A DNA stretch of 64,000 nucleotides from an uncultured Planctomycetaceae bacterium (GCA_963833985.1 CAWIAD010000001.1:1888001-1952000); one strand, 5' to 3'. Shown: positions 21,277 through 34,541, numbered from the stretch's first letter. The notes: a model not told the origin generated them from the letters alone. Translations and numbers: made by a program.

Positions 21277-22836
21277 TCACTTCCTGGTTTTGGACAGCGT
21301 GACGAAGCGGCCGGAAGTACGGCCCGACTGCACGTAGAACGAGATCTCGTCGTTCTTGGAGACCAGCTCCTGGAACTCCTTGACGCTCGAGACGGGCTGG
21401 ATCTTGCGATCGCGGACCACCTTGGTGATCACGTCGCCCTGCTTGATCTGCTCGGCCTCGGCGGCCGAGCCATCCTTGACCTCGCTGACCAGTAGCCCCT
21501 TGGTCCCGGCGGGGATGTCCAGCGACCGGGCCAGTTCCGGCGTCAGCGTTTGCACGTCGAAGCCGAAATCGGTGATGGCCGTCTTGGCGGGTTCCGTCGA
21601 ACCGGACTCCTTCTCCGATCCACGCTCCCGCTCGATGTCGAAGACGACGTTCTCGTAGGGAGCCGGGGTGATCATGGTCGTCTGCCGCTTGCCACTGCGG
21701 TAGTACTCGATCTCGTACTCCTTGCCCACGGGGCTGGTCGCCACCTTGAGCTTGAAGGCGGGACGGCTCGTGACCTTCTCGCCCGCGAAGCCGACGATGA
21801 CATCGCCCTGCTTCAGGCCGGCCTTGTCAGCGGGGCTGCCCGAAAGCACGTTCTCGACCAGGATGCCCTTGGTGCTGGGCTCCAGGCCGAGCTGCCTGGC
21901 GAGCACCGGCGTGAGCACGCCAAGCTGGATGCCAATCCGCGCCCGGTGCACCTTGCCGTCCTTGATGAGCTGGTCGGCCACGTTCACGGCCATGTCGATG
22001 GGCACGGCAAAGCCGATACCGTCGTTGCCACGGCCGCCGGTGACGATGGCCGAGTTCACGCCGATGACCTCACCGCTCATGTTCACGAGCGGCCCGCCCG
22101 AGTTGCCCGGGTTGATGGGCGCATCGGTTTGCAGGAACGACTCATACTCGTTGATGCCCACCTCGTTGCGCTCGGTCGCCGAGATGATGCCGGTGGTCAC
22201 GCTCTGGCTCAGCTCGAACGGAGAGCCCACTGCCATGACCAGCTCGCCCACCCGCAGCTTGCTGCTCTCGCCCTTGGGCAGGGCCGGGTAGCTCGTGTTG
22301 TCCACCTTGATCACGGCCACGTCGGACTTGTCGTCGGTTCCCACCACTGTCGCGACGGCCTCGGTGCCGTCATGGAAGGTCACCGTGATCTTGTCGGCCG
22401 ATTCCACCACGTGGTTATTGGTGAGGATGTGGCCGCGGTTATCGTAGACGAACCCCGAACCCGTGCCCTGTCCCCGACCGCCAAACTGCTCGCGCTCCGG
22501 CATCCCGTCGGGACCGAAGAATCGCTTCAGCATCTCCTCCAGGTCCTTCAGATCCTTGGGGCCGTTCGGGCTGGGCGAGCGGCCGCCAGGCCCGGGCAAT
22601 GGCAGGCCCCGGAGGTTGGGCATCCGCCCAGCCTTCTTCTGCACACTGATCTGCACCACCGAAGGGCGCACGAAATCGGCCACCGACTCGAACGCCTGCG
22701 ACAGCGCCTGCACTGTCTTCTGGCTCTCCGGTGAAACCTTCGGAGCCGCCGGCATTGGCCGCAGCAGGCCCGATGAGCTCACCAGGGCCGCCGTGGAAAG
22801 CGCAATCGCAACCCATGCAACAGGATTTCGCTTCAT
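21277..22836 (-). CDS. HtrA/DegP-family serine protease with two PDZ domains
   Basis: GSGF, LTNNHVV, SDVAVIK, QTDAPINPGNSGGPL; PDZ motifs SPADKAGLKQGD and SAAEAEQIKQGD. Confidence 0.92.
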   Translation of the reverse strand: MKRNPVAWVAIALSTAALVSSSGLLRPMPAAPKVSPESQKTVQALSQAFESVADFVRPSVVQISVQKKAGRMPNLRGLPLPGPGGRSPSPNGPKDLKDLEEMLKRFFGPDGMPEREQFGGRGQGTGSGFVYDNRGHILTNNHVVESADKITVTFHDGTEAVATVVGTDDKSDVAVIKVDNTSYPALPKGESSKLRVGELVMAVGSPFELSQSVTTGIISATERNEVGINEYESFLQTDAPINPGNSGGPLVNMSGEVIGVNSAIVTGGRGNDGIGFAVPIDMAVNVADQLIKDGKVHRARIGIQLGVLTPVLARQLGLEPSTKGILVENVLSGSPADKAGLKQGDVIVGFAGEKVTSRPAFKLKVATSPVGKEYEIEYYRSGKRQTTMITPAPYENVVFDIERERGSEKESGSTEPAKTAITDFGFDVQTLTPELARSLDIPAGTKGLLVSEVKDGSAAEAEQIKQGDVITKVVRDRKIQPVSSVKEFQELVSKNDEISFYVQSGRTSGRFVTLSKTRK

Positions 22837-23186
22837 TCTCTCTCCTTCTCCTCTCACGATGCCCACGAGATCACCAGGACTCATGACGCCACTGGACTCC
22901 TCGAATCGCGGCCGAGCGCCATGCGCCGGGTGATCGAACCTGAGCCGGCTCGTCGCGGCCCGGCCTGGCCCACCCCCGGGCCGACACGGTTCCACGACTC
23001 ACCAGTTGATACACTAACCTCACTGCCAATCGGGACTTGGAGCAGATTCACCGGCCCCGAACAGCCGACTTGCTGGAGGTACTCTTTCTGTACGTCGCAA
23101 CTCCGAAGAAGGTTGGTTCGATTTTCCGCTGGTCACCCGGCGCACGGGCCTTCTCCTCTAGGCGCATTCGCTACTTTAATCGAACA

Positions 23187-24308
23187 ATGGGAAAGGTCGA
23201 CGCAATTTTCCGGCTTTTTCGAGAGACATCCTCGGTGCTCGACCCGCGCGACATGGCTCCCGGTGCTCTGCTCCAGCGCACAGCCGCCCTGCGCGTTGGG
23301 CCCGAGATCACGCGCCGGCTGCTCTCCGCCCTGGTCGGCCGGGGAATTCACGACCCCGCCGTCTGGCTCGGCCGCTGCCAGATCCCCCGGCGGCTCGTCG
23401 ACGAGATCGGCCAACTACCCAGGCTCGAGCTGGAGCAGTCCATCATCTCACCGGTGGACGGCTTCGAGAAACTCAGGTTCAGAGCCCGCGACGGACTGGC
23501 CATCGAGACGGTGCTCATCCCCCTGCACAAGCCCGATGCCGTGAGCGTTTGCCTTTCCTCTCAGGTCGGCTGCGCCATGGCCTGCCAGTTCTGTGCCACG
23601 GCGCGGATGCCCCGCCGGCGCAACCTGGAGACCTGGGAAATCCTTGACCAGTTCATTCATGCTCGCCAGATTGCCAGGTCCGCAGGGCGGCGGGTCACCG
23701 GTGCCGTCTTCATGGGAATGGGCGAACCCTTCCTGAACTACGAGCGCGTGCTGGCGGCCGCGGACCTGCTGCGCTGCCCGTTCGCGGGCTCGATCGCCGC
23801 CAAGACCATCACCATCAGCACGGTGGGACTTGTGCCCGAGATCGACCGGTACACCGACGAGGGGCACAGGTATCGCCTGGCCATCAGCCTGGGTGCCGCC
23901 ACCGATGCGAAGCGGGCCCGCCTGGTGCCGCTGGCGGCGCGAACCCCCGTGGCCGAGGTGATGGCCGCAGCGCGGCGTCATGCGCTGGCTCGACGCGACC
24001 GCGTGACCCTGGCGTATGTGAGCATCGCGGGTGAAAACATGGATGAGGAGGACGCCCGGGCACTTGGCCGGCTGATTGGCGACACGCCGGTCCGGCTCGA
24101 CCTGATCGAGGTCACCGACCCCACGGGCCGGTTCCTGCCGCCGACCGCGAGCGAGCTGAAGTCGTTTCGCGATGCGCTCACGAGGTATATCGGACAGCCG
24201 ATTGTGCGCCGCTATTCGGGGGGCAAGGACATCCTGGCCGCGTGTGGAACCCTGGCCGGTGCGGATGATCCGGAAGCCCTGGCGCTGCTTCAGGGCCGGC
24301 GGGAGTGA
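23187..24308 (+). CDS. RlmN/Cfr-family radical SAM methyltransferase; start uncertain
   Basis: IETVLIP, CLSSQVGCAMACQFC, VFMGMGEP, ISTVG, DILAACGTL. Confidence 0.85.
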   Translation: MGKVDAIFRLFRETSSVLDPRDMAPGALLQRTAALRVGPEITRRLLSALVGRGIHDPAVWLGRCQIPRRLVDEIGQLPRLELEQSIISPVDGFEKLRFRARDGLAIETVLIPLHKPDAVSVCLSSQVGCAMACQFCATARMPRRRNLETWEILDQFIHARQIARSAGRRVTGAVFMGMGEPFLNYERVLAAADLLRCPFAGSIAAKTITISTVGLVPEIDRYTDEGHRYRLAISLGAATDAKRARLVPLAARTPVAEVMAAARRHALARRDRVTLAYVSIAGENMDEEDARALGRLIGDTPVRLDLIEVTDPTGRFLPPTASELKSFRDALTRYIGQPIVRRYSGGKDILAACGTLAGADDPEALALLQGRRE

Positions 24309-24679
24309 GCCCGGCGAATCAGGTCGTGCCGCAAGGCCGAGACGAGCTGGACGAGGGCCTCGCGATAGCGCCTCAGCGGACCTTGCTGGTCGATCCAGGA
24401 TTCGGCGTGGGGGAGCGGCTCGAAGATCCGCCGCCCATGCCGGACGGTCTGAGCGACCACGCCCCTGTCGACCAGGAACAGGAGGATGCCGGCGGCGTGG
24501 TTGAGTTGCACGCCCGACCAGTATCGGGACGAGGAGAGGTCGTTCTCCAGGTGCAGCCCAACGTACCGGGACGCTTCGTCGAACAGGGCCGCGAGGTGCT
24601 CGTCGTTGCGATGGAGCCGGTAGTGAGCCAGCCGGCCGGTCCAGGTCTCACGTAATTTGCGAGTGATTGGTTCAGTCAC
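24290..24679 (-). CDS. Hypothetical protein, 129 aa
   Basis: Protein-like composition and GC3-rich codons; possible winged-helix-like segment LVDRGVV…GRRIF. Confidence 0.55.
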   Translation of the reverse strand: MTEPITRKLRETWTGRLAHYRLHRNDEHLAALFDEASRYVGLHLENDLSSSRYWSGVQLNHAAGILLFLVDRGVVAQTVRHGRRIFEPLPHAESWIDQQGPLRRYREALVQLVSALRHDLIRRAHSRRP

Positions 24680-24862
24680 GGAAGATCAAGCCCTCGGGGA
24701 CAAGCGTGGCACCATCTCACACCCAATTCTTTCCTAGATTATTATATTTAGTGTGACAAGGGCGCGGTGCCGGGAACCGACACGGCGTGGAGCCCCGGCC
24801 CTCACGCGGCGCCATGACGCGCCGGAGCGTTGCGCAAGGCAGGGCCGGAAGTCGCTTTGTCT

Positions 24863-24891
24863 TTGACACCATGCCAGCGATCGACTATGTT
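24863..24891 (+). promoter_or_regulatory. Putative sigma70-type promoter for the MMPL gene
   Basis: TTGACA-17 bp-TATGTT, about 120 bp upstream of ATG 25013. Confidence 0.5.
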
Positions 24892-25012
24892 CGACCTCAA
24901 CAGGCTGAGTCACTCCTGCGTGCTCGGGATCGACCAGGATGTACAGCTGCTTCAAGGATCCGCAAAGCCTGGCGGCCTGGCATCTCGTCCCGTCTTGGAA
25001 GTGCTTTGACAC

Positions 25013-27505
25013 ATGTTCTCGTTCCTCGCCCGGCTGGTCCAGCGACATTCGTGGGTGGTGGTACTGGCCTGGGTCGTGCTGGCTGGTCTGCTCTTCCGGT
25101 ATTCCCCGCCCTGGGACCAGGTGACCAAGGACGACGACGTCCGATTCTTCCCGCGTGACTACCCCAGCGTGATCGGCCAGGAGCTGCTGGAACGCGGATT
25201 CCCACAGGACGCGGCCAGCTCTCAGGTGGTGATCGTTTACGAGCGCAGCCAGGGTGCGCTGACGCCCGCGGATTTCACTCTGGTCGAAGCACGTGCGGCA
25301 GAGTTCCACAAGTTCGGCCAGGCCAATCCGGACCTGGGCGTCAAGAAGCTTGACACCCACCGCTCGCCGGTGATCGGACCACGGCTCATCGGCCGGTCCC
25401 CGGAGGGTCCGGGCCAGGCGGTGCTCACCATCGTGTCGCTGCGGGGCACTTACCTCTCGAAGAAGACGCGCGTGGCGGTGGACAGGATTCTCAATTACCT
25501 CCAGGAGAGCGCGCCGCTTCCGGAAGGTTTGCGCAGGGTGGTCACCGGCTCCGCCGTGGTTGGCCACGACATGAACACCGCGGCCAACCAGAGCATCGAC
25601 AGCACCACCAGGACCACGGTCCTCCTGGTCGTGGTGATCTTGCTGATCGTCTACCGCTCGCCGCTTCTGGCCATGATCCCGCTCCTGACGATCGCACTTT
25701 CGGTGGTCGCGTCGCTCAAGGGCATTGCGCTGCTGACTCGGGTTCCCGGGATCACCTTCCAGGTCATCAACATCACGCGCGTCTTCGTGGTGGTGGTACT
25801 CTTCGGAGCGGGGACGGACTATTGCCTGTTCCTGATTGCGCGCTATCGCGAGGAGCTGAGCCGGGGACGGTCCCGGTCCGACGCCCTGCACGAGGCCATC
25901 GTCCAGGTGGGCGCCGCATTGATCGCCAGCGCCGGCACCGTGATCGTCGGCCTGGGAATGCTCTACTTCTCCAGCTTCGCGAAGATCCAGTACACGGGGC
26001 CGGCGATCGCCCTCTCGCTGACGATGGCCCTCGTCGCCGCGCTCACCCTGGCTCCGGTGCTTCTTTCCTGGCTGCGCGGGGCCATCTTCTGGCCCTTCAA
26101 GCCGCCACACCACGTGAAGGGTGCCGATCGCGAGCGTGAAAGCCTGGAACAGGTTCCCATGACCGGCTTCTGGATTCGCGTGGCCGACCTGGTGGTCAAG
26201 TACCCGATCGCGATCCTCACGGTCTGCCTGGCCGGGCTGCTGCCGCTGGCGCTGATCGGTGCGCAGACCCGGGCCAACTACAGCCAGCTCGCCGACCTCG
26301 ACCCGGACCGGCCGAGCGTCATCGGCGCCAGCGTGATCCGGCGCTACTTCGCCGTCGGCGAACTGAGTCCGACGGTGGCCCTGGTGGAGAACCCGCACAT
26401 TGACTTCCGTTCGCCGGCCGGCCGGACCGCCGTGCAGGAGGTCAGCCGCCGGCTCTGCGCCATTCCGGTGGTGGCCGAGGTTCGGTCGCTCTCGCAGCCG
26501 CTGGGCAAGCCCCCGGTTCCCGACGAGGAGAAGACGCTGCTGCAACGCATTGCCGAACCGGCGCTGCGGGTCGCCGCCGATTCCCGCTACGTCAGCACCC
26601 GGCCCGAGAACAAGGCGGACCTGAACCACATCACCCGGTTCGACATCGTCTTTCGCACCGACCCGTTCGCCCAGTCGAGCCTGGATTCCCTGGAAGACGT
26701 GCGCCAGGTGCTGACCGCCTCCACCCGGCCCGGCGAACCACTGCACGGCTCGGCGAACATCGGCCTGGCCGGCTCGACATCGGCCGTGAACGACCTCAAG
26801 AACGTCACCACCAGCGATCAGCGGAGGATGTACGTCCTGGTCACGCTGGGTGTTTACGCGATCCTGGTCGCCCTCTTGCGCAGGCCGGGCATCTGCCTCT
26901 ACCTGATCTTGACCGTGGTGCTGGGTTACCTGGCCTCGCTGGGAATCACCGAGCTGGTCTTCCGGTCGCTGCATCACGGCACCGAGCCCTGGGGTGGTCT
27001 GGACTGGACGGTCGGCTTCTTCCTGTTCGTGATCCTGGTGGCCGTGGGTGAGGACTATAACATCCTGCTCATGGCGCGGGTGATCGAGGAGGAGAAGCAG
27101 CACGGCGTCACCCAGGGGACGCGGCTGGCAGTCGCCCATACCGGAGGCATCATCAGCTCTTGCGGACTGATCATGGCCGGCACCTTCGGATCGATGCTCA
27201 CCGGCACCCTCACCTCGCTGCGTGAGCTCGGCTTCGCGCTCGGTCTGGGAATCCTGCTGGACACGTTCCTGGTGCGCCCCGTGCTCGTGCCCGCATTTGT
27301 CGTGGTCATGGACCGCATGCGGGCCACCCGGCAGGCCGACAGAGCGGCCCGCAAACAGGCCGCGGCCGCGGCCCCGAAGGCCAAGGCAAAAGCCAAGGCG
27401 GTCCCGAACGGGTTCGAAGAGCCTGAGGCCCCTCGCGAAGGCGGAGCGCCGCTCCGCCCGGAAGCCATCGACTCCTGCCTTGGACAGTTCTACGAGGAGC
27501 TCTGA
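25013..27505 (+). CDS. MMPL-family (RND superfamily) transporter
   Basis: Two TM blocks with LFGAGTDYCLFLIARYREEL and AVGEDYNILLMARVIEE; TGGIISSCGLIMAGTF. Confidence 0.92.
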   Translation: MFSFLARLVQRHSWVVVLAWVVLAGLLFRYSPPWDQVTKDDDVRFFPRDYPSVIGQELLERGFPQDAASSQVVIVYERSQGALTPADFTLVEARAAEFHKFGQANPDLGVKKLDTHRSPVIGPRLIGRSPEGPGQAVLTIVSLRGTYLSKKTRVAVDRILNYLQESAPLPEGLRRVVTGSAVVGHDMNTAANQSIDSTTRTTVLLVVVILLIVYRSPLLAMIPLLTIALSVVASLKGIALLTRVPGITFQVINITRVFVVVVLFGAGTDYCLFLIARYREELSRGRSRSDALHEAIVQVGAALIASAGTVIVGLGMLYFSSFAKIQYTGPAIALSLTMALVAALTLAPVLLSWLRGAIFWPFKPPHHVKGADRERESLEQVPMTGFWIRVADLVVKYPIAILTVCLAGLLPLALIGAQTRANYSQLADLDPDRPSVIGASVIRRYFAVGELSPTVALVENPHIDFRSPAGRTAVQEVSRRLCAIPVVAEVRSLSQPLGKPPVPDEEKTLLQRIAEPALRVAADSRYVSTRPENKADLNHITRFDIVFRTDPFAQSSLDSLEDVRQVLTASTRPGEPLHGSANIGLAGSTSAVNDLKNVTTSDQRRMYVLVTLGVYAILVALLRRPGICLYLILTVVLGYLASLGITELVFRSLHHGTEPWGGLDWTVGFFLFVILVAVGEDYNILLMARVIEEEKQHGVTQGTRLAVAHTGGIISSCGLIMAGTFGSMLTGTLTSLRELGFALGLGILLDTFLVRPVLVPAFVVVMDRMRATRQADRAARKQAAAAAPKAKAKAKAVPNGFEEPEAPREGGAPLRPEAIDSCLGQFYEEL

Positions 27506-28361
27506 GCCGGCCGAGCGTCGCTGCCCTCGGCCTCCTTCAGCAGCGGGCGAGGCTCGTAGCTGCCGGAAAAGGGCTGGAAAGTGGCCGGCCAGCAGTAGTC
27601 CTCCAGGCGCGCCTCGGCATTGCGCCGGCCGATCAAACGGAACCAGCCGAGGTAGCGGCCCTGGTCGGCTTCCACCGCGGACCTCTCGGACGGATTCTCC
27701 GGGTGAGCCGTGAGCAGCCAGTCGCGCCACAGTCGCCAGGCTTCCGGCATGGTCTCCGCCAGTTCGATCGCCACGATGCCCGTCCGTTCCCAGTGCCTGC
27801 GCCACCATGCCAGCGAATGGATGGCCCAGAAGTCCTGGGTCCACTGCTCCTTCAGGTGTTCGGGCACCGTGCCCTCGAACTCCTGCATGAGACCCGCCCC
27901 GGCCATGCCGATCGCCCCGCCAGGTTTCACGAACCGAGCCAGGTAGTTGAGATACAGGTCGTCGGTGCCGAAGTAGGCATAGGCGTCAAGGCTCACGACC
28001 GCGTCGAAGAAATCGCCGCCATAAGGGAGCGCCGCGCATCCGCGTGGATGGGAAACACCCGGCCGTCGAGGCCCGCGTCGCAGATCCGCAGCAGATTCTC
28101 CGTCGCGCTGATCCAGAGGTCGGTCGCCCACACCTCCACGCCGTATTCCCGCGCCAGGAAGATCGACGAGATCGCCCGGCCGCAGCCGAGGTCGAGCACC
28201 CTCATCCCGGGCTTCAGCTCCAGCGCTCCAGCCAGCCACTCCGTGAGCCAGAGCGTGTTGCCCGCGCCGGTCATTCCGTTGCCGATCACCCAGTCGGGAT
28301 GATACCGCGCCGCGCGTGGAAAGAGCGCGCAGTCGAGCCGATCGATTCCGGTCATGAGCAT
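27490..28361 (-). CDS. SAM-dependent methyltransferase; frameshift near 28035
   Basis: LKPGMRVLDLGCGRAISSIFLAREY, then FFDAVVSLDAY…FVKPGG in the second frame. Confidence 0.8.
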
Positions 28362-28816
28362 CTTCCCTCGTCGAGGCACGAGCCGAAAAACCGCAAGGCA
28401 GACAATCCAGGCAACCACCTGGTTCGCCCCCGGTCTCACCCCGCAATGAAACTGACGCCCTGGCATGGGCCAGCCCGGGAAGTCATTGTACGATGGTGGC
28501 TCAAGCCTGCCCGCGGCGACGACAGCACGGGCCCTGCTGGCCGGCGACGTTCATCCCCGGCGCAGCGGTCTCATGCCGCCCACCGAGCTTCCCCTGTCGA
28601 GACGATTGCGGTCGGACGCTCGCCGCCGTCGCAGCCGGAGATCTTCTTCCTTCGAACTCTGCTTCCCGTTCACAAAAAAATCACGACTCGAACCGGCCGC
28701 TTCTGCTATAAGTGGCCGGTTGACTGGTTGTTCCGGCACCCTGGCAAACGGACCGTTCAAGAAAGCCTTCCGCCTGAACGCGCGCGGTCCGATGCCCTTT
28801 TCAGGGAGTGATTGTC

Positions 28817-29857
28817 ATGATTCCGCGCAGTTACATGACGATGGCAATGCTGGTTCTGATGGCGGCCGCTCCGCTCAGGGCGCAAGACGGGCTCTCCGGC
28901 TACGACAGGGTTCGCAAGCTGGCGCTCGGCGGCGAGGGAGGCTGGGATTTTCTGGAGGTCGACTCCTCCACGCAGAAGCTTTTCGTGGCGCGGGGGACCC
29001 ATGTCGTGGTCGTCGATCTGGAAAGTGAGAAGGTCGTCGGCGAGATCGCGGACACACCGGGAGTTCACGGAATCGCGTTCGTTGCCGACCTCGGCCGCGG
29101 ATTCACGAGCAACGGCGGCGATGCGAGTGTGACCGCGTTCGATACCCGAACGCTCAGGACCCTGGGGAAGATCAAGGCGGAGGGCCGGCCGGACATCATC
29201 TACTTCGAGCCGGTCAGCCGCCGGGTCTTCACCATGAACCATGGCACGAACAACTGCACCGCGATCGACCCTGACGAGATGAAGGTCGTCGGCACGCTGG
29301 CGCTTGGCGGAGTGCCGGAGCTGGCCGTCTCCGACGAGAAGGGACACATCTTCGTCAACCTGGAGGACAAGAGCGAGATCGTCGAGTTCGACGCGCGAAC
29401 TCTGAAGATCCTCAATCGCTTCCCGCTGGCGCCCGGCGAGGAGCCGACCGGTCTGGCTTTCGACGCTGCGCAAAGGCGGCTCTTCAGCACGTGCGCGAAC
29501 CGGAAGCTGGTGGTGATGGATGCGAACAGCGGCAAGGTTGTCCAGACGCTGGAGATCGGGCCGGGGCCCGACGGCTGCGTGTTCGACCGCGAAAGGAAGC
29601 TGATCTTCAGCTCAAACGGCGGCGATGGCACGGTCTCCGTGATCCGCCAGGTATCGCCGGACCAATATGAAGTTGCCAAAAGCATCAAAACACAGGTGAG
29701 CGCCAAGACGATTGCCATGGACCCCAGGACGCATCGCCTCTACCTGTCGGCCGCGACTCCGGATCCGGCCCCGGCCGGCGCCGCGAAGGGAGCGACCAAG
29801 GGCGCTCGCAGGCGCTATGCGCCTGGCTCGTTCTCGGTGCTCGTCGTCGGCGAATGA
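28817..29857 (+). CDS. Exported YncE-family beta-propeller protein
   Basis: Signal peptide; GEGGWDFL, TPGVHGIA, GRGFTSNG, EEPTGLAFD. Confidence 0.85.
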   Translation: MIPRSYMTMAMLVLMAAAPLRAQDGLSGYDRVRKLALGGEGGWDFLEVDSSTQKLFVARGTHVVVVDLESEKVVGEIADTPGVHGIAFVADLGRGFTSNGGDASVTAFDTRTLRTLGKIKAEGRPDIIYFEPVSRRVFTMNHGTNNCTAIDPDEMKVVGTLALGGVPELAVSDEKGHIFVNLEDKSEIVEFDARTLKILNRFPLAPGEEPTGLAFDAAQRRLFSTCANRKLVVMDANSGKVVQTLEIGPGPDGCVFDRERKLIFSSNGGDGTVSVIRQVSPDQYEVAKSIKTQVSAKTIAMDPRTHRLYLSAATPDPAPAGAAKGATKGARRRYAPGSFSVLVVGE

Positions 29858-29886
29858 CCCGGCGCTCCACCGGTTCAATCGCTGGT

Positions 29887-31308
29887 TCATTGCTGGAGGA
29901 GCTCGGGCTGAACGCTGTCGGGATCGAGCACCACCTCATCCCCCTCGCTCAGCCCGGCCACAACTTCCAGCAGATCACGTGTGGCCTCGTTGACCTGAAC
30001 GGGCCTGCGCTCGAGATGACCGTCGTGGTCCATGTAGCAGAAGCAATGATCGTCCTCCACGACGATCGTGCTCGCCGGCACGGCCAGCACGTCGTGACGC
30101 AGGTCCGTCGACAAGGTGACCTCGGCCGTCATTCCCGGGCGCAGGCGGGACGGCAGGTCCTCGAGCTGAACATGACCCAGGAAGTACGTGACCTCGCTGC
30201 CCGACTCCATCCTCTGGTCCGACATCGGCACCGGGGCGATCGACTCCAGGTTGCCTCGCAACGTTTCCTCCGAGAGCGCCTCGATGCGGATGCGCGTTTC
30301 CATGCCGGGATGAACCCGCTTGACGATCGTCTCGTGGAGCAAGACCTCGACCTCCAGCCGCGACTGGTCCGGCAGCGTGAACAGCGGCATGCGCTCGCGG
30401 ACCGGCGCCCCGAGGTAGATTCTGGGCTCGCGATTCGGCCGGTTGGCGTAGACCACGTAGCCTCCGTGGGGCGCTCGCACCGTGCAACGCTCGACCAGCT
30501 GCCGGTAGTGCGCGAGCCGGTCTTCCTCCTGGTTCAGCCGGGTTTTCATGTAATTGAGCGTCGCCTGCGCCGAGATGATCTGACTCTGCAACGAGAGGAG
30601 TTCCTTGGGCACAGTGAAATGGCGGTAATTCGCCAGCGCCAGCTCGTCGTTCGCCAGCCCCGTCGCGACCTTGGCCAGGGCGATCTCGTCGCTCCGAACC
30701 TGGGCCAGTGAAACATAGCCCTTCTCGAGCATCCGCCGCGACCAGGCCAGACGGTCGGTGACACGGGCCACATCGGCTTTTTCCAGCGAGATCTGTCCCA
30801 GGTAGTCACGCTCGACCTGCACCTGCTCGCCCTCTCGATAAGAGTCGAGCGCGATCCGGGCCACGTCCAGCGCCAGCGCAGCCTGGACATATTCGGCCCT
30901 GGCCTGGCTCGCCGCGATCTGCTGGGTGCGCACCAGCTCCTCATAGCCCGAAGCATCCATCTCGCACAGCAGATCGCCCTGCTTGACGACCGAGCCATCC
31001 GGGACCAGGCTGATGATGGTCGATGCGCCCGTGCCCAGCGAACTTTGCGGGCCCGGGAGATTGAGCTGCTCCAGCCCGCAACGGATGAGCGTGCTCTGCT
31101 CGCTGGTCACCCGCCCCGTTGCGAGAATGGAGCCACTCAGGTCCGCACGGCGAACCCGCACGGTTTCGATGTTGTGAGGACGCGAGCGGGACCGCCGCAA
31201 GGTGGCAATCACCGGACCACCGACCCCCAGCACGATGGCCGGCGCCAGAACGGCGACCAGCCAGAGCGGCACCCTCGGCTTCATCCCTTTCCACTGGCGA
31301 TGACTCAT
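29887..31308 (-). CDS. RND/HlyD-type periplasmic adaptor (membrane fusion protein)
   Basis: N-terminal TM, IISLVPDGSVVKQGDLL, long coiled coil, VRAPHGGYVVY, LRPGMTAEV, GLSEGDEVV. Confidence 0.88.
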   Translation of the reverse strand: MSHRQWKGMKPRVPLWLVAVLAPAIVLGVGGPVIATLRRSRSRPHNIETVRVRRADLSGSILATGRVTSEQSTLIRCGLEQLNLPGPQSSLGTGASTIISLVPDGSVVKQGDLLCEMDASGYEELVRTQQIAASQARAEYVQAALALDVARIALDSYREGEQVQVERDYLGQISLEKADVARVTDRLAWSRRMLEKGYVSLAQVRSDEIALAKVATGLANDELALANYRHFTVPKELLSLQSQIISAQATLNYMKTRLNQEEDRLAHYRQLVERCTVRAPHGGYVVYANRPNREPRIYLGAPVRERMPLFTLPDQSRLEVEVLLHETIVKRVHPGMETRIRIEALSEETLRGNLESIAPVPMSDQRMESGSEVTYFLGHVQLEDLPSRLRPGMTAEVTLSTDLRHDVLAVPASTIVVEDDHCFCYMDHDGHLERRPVQVNEATRDLLEVVAGLSEGDEVVLDPDSVQPELLQQ

Positions 31309-31602
31309 CAGAATCCGCGCTCCATCCGCGGCGACCCGCGGCCTTCAGTCCGCGCCGCTCGCTCATTGAGTTGAGATGCCACGAACAGTTCCGGGCAGAG
31401 GTTCGGTTGGCGTGACGGTCGTGGCGGGAATGCCCGGCCTGCCGGGTTCTTCTGCGAGGGTATCTCCCGCAAGGCTTGTTCCTCGTACAGCATTCTCGCC
31501 GCGGGAGATGAGATTTCCATGAGGGGAAGCTAAGTTCCGCTTCACATTGGCTCTGCCGAAAGCGAAAGCTGACCCGGTGATGCCGCTGGCGGCCAATGAA
31601 AG

Positions 31603-31631
31603 AGGGAGAGAAACCCTGCGGCTCTCTCCCT
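31603..31631 (-). terminator. Probable terminator downstream of clpC
   Basis: 9-bp stem AGGGAGAGA…TCTCTCCCT followed by a short pyrimidine tract on the minus strand. Confidence 0.5.
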
Positions 31632-31670
31632 TGAAAGAATCAGTCCTGGTTTGTTGACGCAGGCCGCGGA

Positions 31671-34208
<2,538 letters not shown>

Positions 34209-34541
34209 TCGTCAACTCCGATCCGGCAATCTCACAAGCACCATCAATGATCGATTCGGCGCATGACCTGTCACTACACGCTCATTGCATTCTATGCGCT
34301 CGATCGGCAGATATCGAAAGATTCCAGGCCACGAGCCATCCAGTTCTCGCCACGAAGTCCTACGCCTGGATGAGGAAATCTATTGCTACCAGCAAAACGT
34401 TTTCCCGCCCGGCCTGCAAGCCCACTCGGCTCATGCGATAATCATTCGCCCCGAATTCGCAAAGACAAGGGCCCGCCCGGAAATGCAGCCGCGGCAGACG
34501 AGACCGACCCAGGTGCCGCAGCGCCAGGGCGGGAACGTCGC

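Noticed and set aside
24725..24760. dif-like site in an AT-rich patch
   Set aside because: It does not match XerC/XerD arms; more likely a promoter element.
24734..27844. 1036-aa antisense ORF, and similar long ORFs at 11141, 13991, 31728, 37785, 45137 and 59531
   Set aside because: These are shadow ORFs opposite well-supported genes, expected at high GC3, with no motifs.
28735..28800. c-di-GMP-I riboswitch (GGCAAAC present)
   Set aside because: The downstream GAAA-stem/GACGCAAAGC pattern is not matched.
34209..34541. CIRCE or CtsR box upstream of clpC
   Set aside because: No matching repeat was found.
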